Source: an uncultured bacterium | Lineage (GTDB): Bacteria > Oederibacteriota > JAAXVQ01 > JAUVAV01 | Length of the DNA: 64,000 nucleotides | Assembly (NCBI GenBank): GCA_963710755.1 | Contig: CAVQBK010000013.1 | Location: 96,001 to 160,000 of the forward strand | Direction of reading: 5' to 3' | Translations under genes and position numbers: made by a program | The notes under the pieces: generated by a model | What the model was told of the DNA's origin: nothing | The model's input: the letters and a program-made list of their open reading frames with translations, nothing else | The model's database searches: none | Shown: positions 1-9,374 of the stretch, piece by piece | Position numbering within the stretch: the stretch's first letter is position 1 | How the letters are laid out: each line of letters opens with the position of its first letter

Positions 1-252
1 CGTTATGAGTTCATACGGATTCCAAAGGTTTTCGTAAGATGTTAATTTTAAAGATCACTGGATTCCGGCTAAAACCGTGCCGGAAGGACGACCATCGTTG
101 TTCATTTATTTAAGAGATATGACACTAGTTATAGCAGACATGGATAATGCCATATCAAGGCAAGAAAGGCAATGGTTTATGTCTGACCAATATAAGCAGG
201 GGCTCATAATTTCGATCCCTTACCTCAAACCCTATTCTTGCTGTTAATGATG

Positions 253-891
253 CTATAGTGTTTGCATGGCCAGCAACCTCCTTACCTCCTGATCGTTGAC
301 CTGGGCAAAATCATCGTACCATTGGCCTATACTGGAAAAATAGCCGGGCGTTGACAAACAGACCACCTTCTCTACCTGAGATCCGAGCAGACGTACACTC
401 TCCGCGCTGGCAACCGGCACAGCCACCACCAGATGTCCCGCTTGCCATTGCCGGAGCATGTGGACGGCCACCTGCATGCTGGCGCCAGTGGCCATGCCGT
501 CATCCACCAGAATAATAGTACGCCCTTTGATTTCAGGATAAGGCCGTTTTCCCCGCAGCCGGATAGCCTGTTCTTTCAGAATTTTCTCCTCCCGCTGCCT
601 GATACTGGCCGCCTCAGCTTCCGAAAGTCCGGCCTGGCGCATGACCAGCGGGTTGTGCACATATCCGCCGCCGGAAGCCACGGCGCCAAAAGCAAGCTCT
701 TCGTCACTGGGCACGCCCAATTTTCGCACCATCAATAAATCCCAGGGCAGATCAAGGATCATGGCGGCTTCCGCTGCCACCACAGCCCCGCCCCGGGGCA
801 AAGCCAGTATCAGCCCTTGGGGCCAAGGCCCCGCCTCCTTTAAAGCAACACCTAACTGCACACCTGCATCTTGCCGGTCTGCAAACATCAT
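253..891 (-). CDS. Phosphoribosyltransferase family protein
   Basis: FADRQDAG N-terminus, LPRGG and PRPP-binding motif ILVDDGMATGAS. Start moved to ATG 891, which follows a G-rich RBS; the longer ORF overlaps polX. Confidence 0.9.
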   Translation of the reverse strand: MMFADRQDAGVQLGVALKEAGPWPQGLILALPRGGAVVAAEAAMILDLPWDLLMVRKLGVPSDEELAFGAVASGGGYVHNPLVMRQAGLSEAEAASIRQREEKILKEQAIRLRGKRPYPEIKGRTIILVDDGMATGASMQVAVHMLRQWQAGHLVVAVPVASAESVRLLGSQVEKVVCLSTPGYFSSIGQWYDDFAQVNDQEVRRLLAMQTL

Positions 892-1039
892 AATCCCCCC
901 TTTTGCGGTTGAAAACGCCGGCCTACCCCAGCGGAGCTGGATAAGATTCTGTATATCCGGATTATCTATCCCAAGCGGATAAATATATAATTGGGACGCA
1001 TCGGCAGCGCAAAAACCGTAGATAATCCAGATACAGACT

Positions 1040-2764
1040 CTAAGGTTTTCGCAACAAGGCGTGTAAATCCTCCAGGCTTCGTGTGTTGACAATATCCCCT
1101 TTTTCCAGCCAGCCCCGCCTGGCCTGGCCAATGCCAAAGCGCATGTGTCCATATCCTGCCGGAGAATGGGCATCTGTGCTAATCGCGATTTTAACCCCTT
1201 TGTCTTTGGCCATGCGGCAGTGCTGATCGTTCAAATCGAGCCGCTCCGGATGGGCATCCAGTTCCAGCCAACAGCCCCGCTCGGCTGCCGCTTGAATGAA
1301 ACGCTCCATGTGAATCTCATAGGGCCGGCGTTCATTAATCAGCCTGCCTGTGGGATGGCCAATAATAGTGACATAAGGATTATCCATGGCTCGAATGAGG
1401 CGTTCCGTTTGCTGGTCTGCCTTGAGGTTGAATTTATAATGGACGGAGGCAATGACAAAATCCAGGTCCCTAAGACTGGCATCCGGCAGATCCAGACTTC
1501 CGTCTTCCAGGATATCCACCTCAATGCCCTTAAGCACCACCAGATCTGTTAATTTAGCGTTGAGGTGGTCTATGACCTGCAGATGCTTGCTTAGGGTCTT
1601 GGGGTTCAAGCCATGAGCCACCGCGAGGCGCTGAGAATGTTCTGTATTGCCCACATAGCGATAGCCCAGCTTCCGGGCCGCGTCCACCATGTCCCCCAGG
1701 CTGGATTGGCCGTCAGTGGCGCGGGTATGCATATGCAAGTCACCGCGGATGTCCTTTAAGCTCACCAACCGGGGCAAGCGTTTTCGGGTCACGGCTTCCA
1801 ATTCCCCCTGGTCTTCTCGCAGCTCAGGTGGGATATAATCGAGCCCCACGGCACGGTAAACGTCCTTTTCCGTTTTACCGGCAATAGTCTCATCACCGCG
1901 GAAAACACCGTATTCATTAATTTTTAGTTTTTGCTCCTGCGCCATTTTGCGCAAATGAATATTATGGGCTTTGGAACCCGTGAAATAAACCATGGCCGCG
2001 CCAAAGCTTTCCGAAGCCACGACCCGCAAGTCCACCTGCACGCCTGACTGGAGCATGACGCTGGTCTTGGTGGGCCCTTTGGCCAGCACCCGCGTCACTT
2101 GATCATAGCGTTCGAAATGAGCCGTTAGACCCTGTAAACGTTGTCCGGCAGCCAGAATATCGAGGTCACCAATTGTCTCACATTGCCGTCTAAAACTACC
2201 GGCCACTTCCAGAGACGGAATGGGGCCAAAGGTCCTTAAATAATCAAGCACCCTCTGCGCCGTGGCATCCGCCATATCCAGCCGTAGGCGTTTAGGTCCT
2301 TGGGCCAGTTTCTGTTTAATCTCTTCGAGAATATTCTTTTCCAGTTTGGGACCAAACCCGCTTAATTGACTGATCAGACCCTTCTGGGCCGCAGCCAGAA
2401 GATCATTCAAATTTTTAATACCCAACTGCTGATAAAGTAGATGCACCCGCTTGCCCCCCAAGCCCGGAAGCTCGATCAGCTCCAGCAATCCCGAAGGTAA
2501 TTCCTTTTCCAGGGAAGATAAAAGCGGTATCCGGCCGGTACGCACCAGATCCTTGATTTTTTTATCCAGTTCTTTACCAATACCTTTGATGGTGGTGAAG
2601 TCAAACTCCTGATCCACCAGCTCACTGATGGATTGAGGCAGGTTTTCCAATAGGCGGGCAACATTGCGGTAGGATTGAATGCGAAAGTTATTATCTCCCT
2701 TGATTTCCAGCAAATCCGCAATCCGGCTGAACTTCCCTGCAATCTCAACGTTTTGCAAGGCCAT
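1040..2764 (-). CDS. polX: DNA polymerase/3'-5' exonuclease PolX (PolX + PHP domain)
   Basis: GSFRR..ETIGDLDIL, VDLRVV, YFTGSKAHN; PHP motifs DLHMHT, TEHS, GHPTGR, STDAH. Confidence 0.95.
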   Translation of the reverse strand: MALQNVEIAGKFSRIADLLEIKGDNNFRIQSYRNVARLLENLPQSISELVDQEFDFTTIKGIGKELDKKIKDLVRTGRIPLLSSLEKELPSGLLELIELPGLGGKRVHLLYQQLGIKNLNDLLAAAQKGLISQLSGFGPKLEKNILEEIKQKLAQGPKRLRLDMADATAQRVLDYLRTFGPIPSLEVAGSFRRQCETIGDLDILAAGQRLQGLTAHFERYDQVTRVLAKGPTKTSVMLQSGVQVDLRVVASESFGAAMVYFTGSKAHNIHLRKMAQEQKLKINEYGVFRGDETIAGKTEKDVYRAVGLDYIPPELREDQGELEAVTRKRLPRLVSLKDIRGDLHMHTRATDGQSSLGDMVDAARKLGYRYVGNTEHSQRLAVAHGLNPKTLSKHLQVIDHLNAKLTDLVVLKGIEVDILEDGSLDLPDASLRDLDFVIASVHYKFNLKADQQTERLIRAMDNPYVTIIGHPTGRLINERRPYEIHMERFIQAAAERGCWLELDAHPERLDLNDQHCRMAKDKGVKIAISTDAHSPAGYGHMRFGIGQARRGWLEKGDIVNTRSLEDLHALLRKP

Positions 2765-2937
2765 GATTATTTCTCCTTAGTTCTTTCGGCCACGCTTCCC
2801 GATCATACCAGCAGACTCCAGAGCACCATTGGCTGTGATGGCAGACGGACTTTTCGATTGGATCAATGCGGATAGCAGGCTCTGAAACAGGGCGCCCGGC
2901 CCACATCGGCCGGACGCCCCGGGAAAAATCAGAAAGC

Positions 2938-3372
2938 TTACTTCAATTCGGTTTGTGCCGACCAGTAGCCGTGCTTGTTGCACAATTCCACCACCGTGAC
3001 CGTGCCTTGTTTGTCTTTTTTAAAATGCGCTGCTGTGGCTGCTTGAACCGCATCGGGCGCGAACATAGAGCGCAGGACAAATTTATTGTTCAGGTAAACA
3101 TCAATCCATTGAATCCAATGATCGGCCTGCATGGGATGGGGGGTGGAGCCAACCTTGATATGCACATCCTTGCATTCATCGGGAATCAGCCCGCAAGTTT
3201 CCGTAGTCACTAAAACAGGCACATGTTTTTCTTTACCCTCAAAGGCCGCATCATGGATCACATCATTTTTTTCCTCGTATTTTTCCTTGGGCGACATACA
3301 CACCGGACATTGTTCCGGCGCACCTTCAAATTCCAAATGCCCGCAGACTTGGCAAACATTGACCTTGCTCAT
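2938..3372 (-). CDS. Rubredoxin-like domain fused to superoxide reductase (desulfoferrodoxin family)
   Basis: CQVCG...CPVC then EKHVP, HPM..DHWIQW, CNKHG iron ligands; GGAGG RBS before ATG 3372. Confidence 0.85.
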   Translation of the reverse strand: MSKVNVCQVCGHLEFEGAPEQCPVCMSPKEKYEEKNDVIHDAAFEGKEKHVPVLVTTETCGLIPDECKDVHIKVGSTPHPMQADHWIQWIDVYLNNKFVLRSMFAPDAVQAATAAHFKKDKQGTVTVVELCNKHGYWSAQTELK

Positions 3373-3471
3373 CTTCAAACCTCCTTTAATTTTGATTTTA
3401 TTTTTTTCTGAATATTGATTGAATTTCATGTCTTTAATCTATGCATTGTGGTAAACCGTGCTTGATGGCAC

Positions 3472-4329
3472 TTAGTGCCAAGCTCGAAAAGATTCTAAAT
3501 AGGGTTTCATGTCACGTTCCCTAAAATCCTGTTCCACCAAAGGCGGCCGCTTGTCCAGTTCCAGTTCCTCATCATAAGTGGGTTTCGGCTTTTGATAAAT
3601 AATCCCCAAGGGAATATGATCGCCCCATTCGGCGGCTTTAACATATGCTGCGGCCTTGTCGCTGGGGTCATGATTTTCCAGATCATAAACGCGTTCCCCG
3701 TACCACTGGTAGGTATTTTTTTTATTAAAGCTCACGCAGGGTTGAAGGATATCAATGATGCTGAAGCCGTCATGTTTGATGCCTGCTTGGATCAGGTTGG
3801 CCAGCTGATCGATGTTCTTGGAAAAACCGCGGGCCACAAACCCGGCACCCAAAGCAATGGCCACTTCCAGAGGGTGAAAAGGCTGCAACACGACGCCGTG
3901 AGTCTGGACCTTGGTGGCATAATGTTCGTCCGTAGTGGGCGAAGCCTGGCCCTTGGTTAGTCCGTAAATCTGATTGTCATGCACCAGCAGGGTAATGTTT
4001 ACATTACGCCGGATATTATGAAGAAAATGATTGCCCCCCTCGCCGTAGCAATCACCATCGCCAGTGCTGACAATGACCGTAAGCTTAGGGTTGGCGATCT
4101 TGGAGGCCACTGCTACCGGTAGGGCCCGGCCATGTAGGCCGTTGAAGCAGTTGGCATTGATGTAATGGGGCAGTTTGGCCGCCTGTCCGATGCCGGAAAC
4201 CAACAGCACATCCTTGGGTGCCAGGTTTTCCTGGGCTAATGCTTTGCGTACGGCATTGGCAATGCCGAAATTTCCACATCCAGGACACCAGGCGATCTCA
4301 TCATGGGTTTTGTAGTCATTAGCAATCAT
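3472..4329 (-). CDS. korB: 2-oxoacid:ferredoxin oxidoreductase beta subunit
   Basis: WCPGCG, GLHGR, GDGD TPP motif, YGLTKGQASPT. Confidence 0.92.
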   Translation of the reverse strand: MIANDYKTHDEIAWCPGCGNFGIANAVRKALAQENLAPKDVLLVSGIGQAAKLPHYINANCFNGLHGRALPVAVASKIANPKLTVIVSTGDGDCYGEGGNHFLHNIRRNVNITLLVHDNQIYGLTKGQASPTTDEHYATKVQTHGVVLQPFHPLEVAIALGAGFVARGFSKNIDQLANLIQAGIKHDGFSIIDILQPCVSFNKKNTYQWYGERVYDLENHDPSDKAAAYVKAAEWGDHIPLGIIYQKPKPTYDEELELDKRPPLVEQDFRERDMKPYLESFRAWH

Positions 4330-6041
4330 GCTTCCAGCTCCTTTGCAATTTTTTCTTTGACCTCATCCAGATTAAAGGGACGGCCGTCATATTTTAAAAG
4401 CGAGCCTGCGACAGCAAGGCCCGTTGCCTGGCGCAGCAGCCCGGCCAGCTGGCCGGTGGCGTTATTTTCAATGGTGAGCACCTTGCGCGCTTTTTTCAAC
4501 TCCTGCTCTACCGCAGCGCCCGGGAATGGCCACACCTGGCTCAAATGCACATAGCCTACTTTGCCGTCAAAGTAGTGTTCGCTGATCTCATGCATGACAC
4601 CCAGGGTAGTGCCAAAACCCAGCAGCACCAGCTCGGCGGTGTCGGCTTGATAAACCGTAGGCGCCACCACTTCCTTTTCCAAGCCCGCCATTTTTTTAAA
4701 GAGCCGCTTGTCAATCATCTTGATGCGAATCTCGCCGTCTTCCGTAATATGTCCTTCTTGGGTATGCTCATCGCTGTCAGCATACAAGGGATCATCGAGT
4801 ACGCCCGGCCTGGCCATGGGGCTGATGCCATTGTCGGTCAGCATGTAACGCTGATAGGCGGAATCGCCCTTCTCTTTTTTGGTAATGAAATAATTCTCCG
4901 CTTTTTCTTTTTGCAGATCCGGTTCCGGCATGACCCCATAGCTGTCCACCAGGTACTGGTCCACCAGCAGAAATACCGGGATTTGGTACTTCTCGGCCAA
5001 GTTGAATGCCCGCTGGGTCAAATAAAAGGCTTCCTCCCTGTTACCCGGTGTCAGCACCACCCGCGCAAATTCCCCATGACCGATATGCAGCACCATATTC
5101 AAATCGCCCTGTTCCGTACGGGTAGGGAATCCGGTGGCCGGTGCCGGCCGCTGGGCATCCATGATCACCAGCGGTGTCTCCGTCATGCCGGCCAGACTGA
5201 CGCCTTCACCCATTAGGGCCAGCCCACCGCCGGACGTGCCGGTCATGGCGCGAACCCCGCTGAAATAGGCACCCAGAGCCATATTGACGGCTGCGATCTC
5301 ATCTTCCGCCTGTTCCACCACTACCCCGGCTTTTTCCATTTGGCCGGCCAAAAAGGTCATCACGCCGGTTGAAGGCGACATGGGATAAGCACAATAAAAA
5401 CCGATCCCCGCTTTGAGAGCCCCCAAGCCAATGGCTTCGCTGCCGTTTAAAAACAACCCCCCTGAGGCCTTGCCTGGGGCAAGCTGAAAATTATCCTGTT
5501 TATAGTTGTCCTTGGCCCACTTAAAGCCCTGATCAGCGGTCTGGATATTTTTCTCAATCAAGTCATCGCCTTTGCCGGCAAATATGTTGGCCAGAATTGT
5601 TTTCACCAGATCAAACTCAAGATGCATCATACCCGCCAGCAGCCCGCAAGCCGCGGCGTTGACAAATAATTCACTGCCGCCGGTTTGTTGGGCCATGTCA
5701 TGGAGTGGTACATCCAGATAGCGTTCATGACTGTCATCCAGTTGATATTTTTGCCCATCCACCACCAACACGCCCTTGTCGGTCAGACTGTCGAGATGGA
5801 GGGCAATGCTTTTTTTATCCAGGCAGACCGTGATATCACTTAGCCGCCGTGGCGCAAAGACCGGTTTGGTGGAAACCCGCAGACGGTTAAAATTGTTGCC
5901 GCCTCGTATTCTGGACATAAAATCAAAATCAATCAGCACATAATAGCCGGCGCTTTGGAACAGCCGGCCAATGGCTTCGCTGATAACTTGCAACCCCTGC
6001 CCGGCTTCCCCGGTAATTTTAATAGTCAGTTCATCACGCAT
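4326..6041 (-). CDS. korA: 2-oxoacid:acceptor oxidoreductase alpha subunit (gamma-alpha fusion)
   Basis: GEAGQG, IRGG, YPMSP, QAEDEIAA, TSGGG, TRTEQGD; 4-bp overlap with the beta gene. Confidence 0.92.
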   Translation of the reverse strand: MRDELTIKITGEAGQGLQVISEAIGRLFQSAGYYVLIDFDFMSRIRGGNNFNRLRVSTKPVFAPRRLSDITVCLDKKSIALHLDSLTDKGVLVVDGQKYQLDDSHERYLDVPLHDMAQQTGGSELFVNAAACGLLAGMMHLEFDLVKTILANIFAGKGDDLIEKNIQTADQGFKWAKDNYKQDNFQLAPGKASGGLFLNGSEAIGLGALKAGIGFYCAYPMSPSTGVMTFLAGQMEKAGVVVEQAEDEIAAVNMALGAYFSGVRAMTGTSGGGLALMGEGVSLAGMTETPLVIMDAQRPAPATGFPTRTEQGDLNMVLHIGHGEFARVVLTPGNREEAFYLTQRAFNLAEKYQIPVFLLVDQYLVDSYGVMPEPDLQKEKAENYFITKKEKGDSAYQRYMLTDNGISPMARPGVLDDPLYADSDEHTQEGHITEDGEIRIKMIDKRLFKKMAGLEKEVVAPTVYQADTAELVLLGFGTTLGVMHEISEHYFDGKVGYVHLSQVWPFPGAAVEQELKKARKVLTIENNATGQLAGLLRQATGLAVAGSLLKYDGRPFNLDEVKEKIAKELEA

Positions 6042-6578
6042 AGGTTTATTTTCCCCTTTCCCAGGTTGAATAGTTCGCCGGATGGCCGGTTTTTTTCAAA
6101 GGTTTCTAAAGAACAGCTGTCAACACTTTTCCCTATTTCCGCTCCAAGTGAATCTCACAATTGGGGAATAACAGGAGACGGTCCTTCTGCCCAACTTCCC
6201 TAGTTAAAAAGCATTTATAGGATAGGGGATTTCCGGTTTGACGCCTAGACGGAAATGCCTTTTTTCACTGACTTTTCACCACTCTAGTTTTAACAGGTCT
6301 TGTTTGGATGGACTCCTAAGACGATGGTGTCACCACGCTTAATTGTTCCTTTTCCCATTATCGAGGAGCGAGAGAAGCATTGGGTGGCAACGCCGTTTCC
6401 CGAAGTGAGGAAAATATTTTTAAATCCAAAACATCTTTTCCGCGCCAGCAATTAAAAAGATCTTGATGTGGGAAGGCAGTCTTTTCCGGAGGGTACCGGC
6501 AGGCCGGCGTCCACCTTTGCCAACTGTTGTCCGCACCAGGGGTTGGCCAATATCCGGCAGGCGATATCAATAAAATAA

Positions 6579-8219
6579 TTATGACTTTTTTCTTTTCTTT
6601 TTGGGGTGGGCAGATGATTTTTTCTTTTCAACCCGGCCGCTTCCTTCGGCTTTGACAATCAGTGGTTTGCGGCCCTTGGCACTAGCCTTGAATTGTTTGA
6701 CAATAGTCTCGGCAGCTTCAAAAGGTACCACCACAAACGAAAAATCGTCGCGGCAGACCACATCCTCAATATCTTGATCACGCAAGCCTGTCTTTTTCTT
6801 CAGGAAATCCACCAGCTTTTTAACGTGATAGCCGGAGCGTTTGCCCAGACCAACAAAGAGGCGCGTTTTACCGGTAAAATCAGGCGAGGCCGAAGGCTGT
6901 TCAATAGGCAGATAGCGGCTTTCATCCAATTTTTCCCTGACCATCATTTTTAAAAGCGTTTGAATCACCACCAGCGGATCGTGCCTGGTGGTCAAGGCTT
7001 CGGCCATAGGGGCAAAGGGGTGCAAGTCCCCTGCTTGGAGCTGATCGCTAATGTCATGCAGCAAGCGTTTTCGTTTCACACTGATGATCTCGTTGATATC
7101 GGGAATGGTCTGCCGTTTAATGGTGGTTTTGGCCTGCCGTTGCAAGTGTGCCAGCTTGCGGAATTCGGAGGGGGTAATAAACGTCACGGCTACCCCTTTT
7201 TTTCCCGCCCGGCCGGTGCGGCCGATGCGATGAATATAACTCTCCGCCTCCCTGGGCAAAGAGAGGTTAATGACATGGGTCAACTCCTGAATGTCCAAGC
7301 CTCTGGCGGCCACGTCGGTGGCCACCAGCATATTAATCTTCCGGTTCCGGAATTTCTTCAGTACCTGTTCCCGCTGTTTTTGCGTAATGTCACCATGAAT
7401 GGCCTCGGCATCATAGCCCCGTTCACTTAACCGGGCGGCGTATTGATCTGTTTCCACCTTGGTACGGCAGAAAATCAGGCCGTAAAAGTCTTCTGCCATA
7501 TCAATGATCCGGCACAACGCTTCAAATTTGTCCGCTTCTTTGACTTCAAAATATATTTGTTCGGTTAAGTCCGTGGTCAGTTGCGTTTTTTTGATGGCTA
7601 TCCGTTTAACCTGGCGCATATATTTGGCCGCCAGGGCTTCGATGCGGTCCGGCATGGTGGCGGAAAAAAGCGCCACCCGTTTGTCCTCATTGCAGGCGGC
7701 CATGATCTGTTCCACATCTTCAAAAAAGCCCATGTTGAGCATTTCATCCGCTTCGTCCAAAACCAAAAATGAGAGTTTGCTTAAATTCAGGGTTTTGCGC
7801 CGCAGATGATCGAGTATGCGGCCGGGTGTGCCCACCACGATATGCACACCTTTTTTCAGATGACGAATCTGGTCGGTAATGTGCTGCCCCCCATAGATGG
7901 GAATTACCTTGATGGGCCTCGGCCCTTTAAAAGAATTAAGCTCATCCGATACCTGAATGGCCAATTCCCGGGTGGGGGCCAAAATCAGCGCTTGCAAATA
8001 ATTTTGTCCGTCATCCAGCATTTCAATAATAGGCAGTCCAAAGGCTGCGGTTTTTCCTGTCCCGGTCTGGGCCTGGCCGATAAGGTCATGTTCCCGGTTC
8101 AGCATCAGGGCAATGGCACTGCTTTGGATGGGCGTCGGTTTCTCAAATCCTTTTTTCCGTATAACTTCCAGGGTTGTCTCACTCAGGCCCAAGTCCTGAA
8201 AATGTTTAAATTCTTTCAT
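6579..8219 (-). CDS. deaD: DEAD-box RNA helicase (DeaD/CshA-like, DbpA-type C-terminal domain)
   Basis: AQTGTGKT, PTRELA, TPGR, DEAD, SAT, ARGLD, HRIGRTGRAG. Confidence 0.93.
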   Translation of the reverse strand: MKEFKHFQDLGLSETTLEVIRKKGFEKPTPIQSSAIALMLNREHDLIGQAQTGTGKTAAFGLPIIEMLDDGQNYLQALILAPTRELAIQVSDELNSFKGPRPIKVIPIYGGQHITDQIRHLKKGVHIVVGTPGRILDHLRRKTLNLSKLSFLVLDEADEMLNMGFFEDVEQIMAACNEDKRVALFSATMPDRIEALAAKYMRQVKRIAIKKTQLTTDLTEQIYFEVKEADKFEALCRIIDMAEDFYGLIFCRTKVETDQYAARLSERGYDAEAIHGDITQKQREQVLKKFRNRKINMLVATDVAARGLDIQELTHVINLSLPREAESYIHRIGRTGRAGKKGVAVTFITPSEFRKLAHLQRQAKTTIKRQTIPDINEIISVKRKRLLHDISDQLQAGDLHPFAPMAEALTTRHDPLVVIQTLLKMMVREKLDESRYLPIEQPSASPDFTGKTRLFVGLGKRSGYHVKKLVDFLKKKTGLRDQDIEDVVCRDDFSFVVVPFEAAETIVKQFKASAKGRKPLIVKAEGSGRVEKKKSSAHPKKKRKKS

Positions 8220-8426
8220 AAAGGCGGCTCATTTCTCTTAAGGTGTTTTGTCATGCTTTCAATGCTCATGGAATCAATTCAGGAAAGACGCCCCGGATAA
8301 CCAGAATTGCGGGCAAGGCTCATAGACTAAATTGCGTGACAGGACCATGGTGGTGAAAATCATGCCTGCATAATGTATAGGACTATTTTGAAATAATCAA
8401 CTTAATTGTTGGTCCGGCCGGGAGCA

Positions 8427-8453
8427 TAAATTCCGCCCCCATTCTGCCGATAC
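8427..8453 (+). promoter_or_regulatory. Sigma-28 (FliA/SigD)-like promoter
   Basis: TAAA-N15-GCCGATAC, ending 42 nt before ATG 8496. Confidence 0.7.
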
Positions 8454-8495
8454 TGAATCGAGGACGTAACGCAACCTTTACTCTTCGGGGATTCC

Positions 8496-9071
8496 ATGGC
8501 TCATCATAAAGGTACCACTTTAGTCTTAGTCCGCAAAATGCTTCAGGCCCAAGGCCCGGAATTTGAAAAGAAAGTACTGGATCAACTGGACGAAGGAGAA
8601 CGGCAGGATTATTTAAACGCCAAGGTGGTTTTTTGGTACCCGGTCTACGACACGATCGACGACAACAAAGCGCTGCTGGCCGTGGCCGCCCAGGCGCTCT
8701 TTCCTGAAGATCCTGCACCCTTGCGCCGCTTTGGCAAGGTGGCCGCCAATTTCGCCATCAATGGTCTTTACAAAATTTTATTTCGCGTGCCCTCCCTTAC
8801 AGTCCTTATGAGGCATGCCCCCATGCTGTGGCGGACCTACAATGATACGGGTGCCTTTTATGTAGAAGACTTACAGCAGGAACAGCAAGCCTTATCCGTT
8901 CGTTTTGTGGTTAAAAACCATCCCGGCCTGCCTTTGAGCGTACGCGAATTTTTGGCTGGTTATTACGCGGCGGTTTTGGAATGGACCGGTGCCAAAAAGG
9001 TGGAGGTCACCCTTAACCAAACCTACACTGATGAGGGTGGCTGGCGCTGGGATATCCAGGCCGAATATTAA
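8496..9071 (+). CDS. DUF2378/TIGR02265-like (V4R/H-NOX-like) protein, paralog 1
   Basis: KGTTLVL, WYP, LWRTYNDTG, LAGYY..L.WTGAK motifs shared with three downstream paralogs. Family assigned from motif resemblance only. Confidence 0.65.
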   Translation: MAHHKGTTLVLVRKMLQAQGPEFEKKVLDQLDEGERQDYLNAKVVFWYPVYDTIDDNKALLAVAAQALFPEDPAPLRRFGKVAANFAINGLYKILFRVPSLTVLMRHAPMLWRTYNDTGAFYVEDLQQEQQALSVRFVVKNHPGLPLSVREFLAGYYAAVLEWTGAKKVEVTLNQTYTDEGGWRWDIQAEY

Positions 9072-9374
9072 GGTTTGGCCAGTTTGGGATTTATTTTTCC
9101 GGGCCTTGCCTGCCCGCTTTTTTTATCATACCATCATTTTTTTCCTATCTTTCGGGGTCCAACCCCTGTACACTTAAACATCATTAAAGTCACCAAGAGA
9201 GGTGTAGCTGTTGGCCGTTAGATAGCCCAAACCACCCCCGTTTTTCATCCACTCTTTGCGTTAGTCGGTGAAGTCTTTTTTGACCATTATGCTTTTATTC
9301 ATCCCAGCATACCCTTAAAGCCTTTAGATATGGTTTTTATTGGGGTTGGGTAAAATCGCTCCCAGGAGGAGATT

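Noticed and set aside
892-1173. N-terminal extension of the PRTase ORF
   Set aside because: It overlaps polX, and family-like sequence begins only at ATG 891, which has an RBS.
4545-5216. Long antisense ORFs (also 25395..26087, 37217..37951, 41615..42232, 42506..43108 and others)
   Set aside because: Shadow frames opposite well-supported genes, with no recognisable motifs.
6042-6578. Small ORFs or a riboswitch upstream of korA
   Set aside because: Only one hairpin (about 6226-6259), probably a terminator; the short ORFs lack an RBS or motifs.
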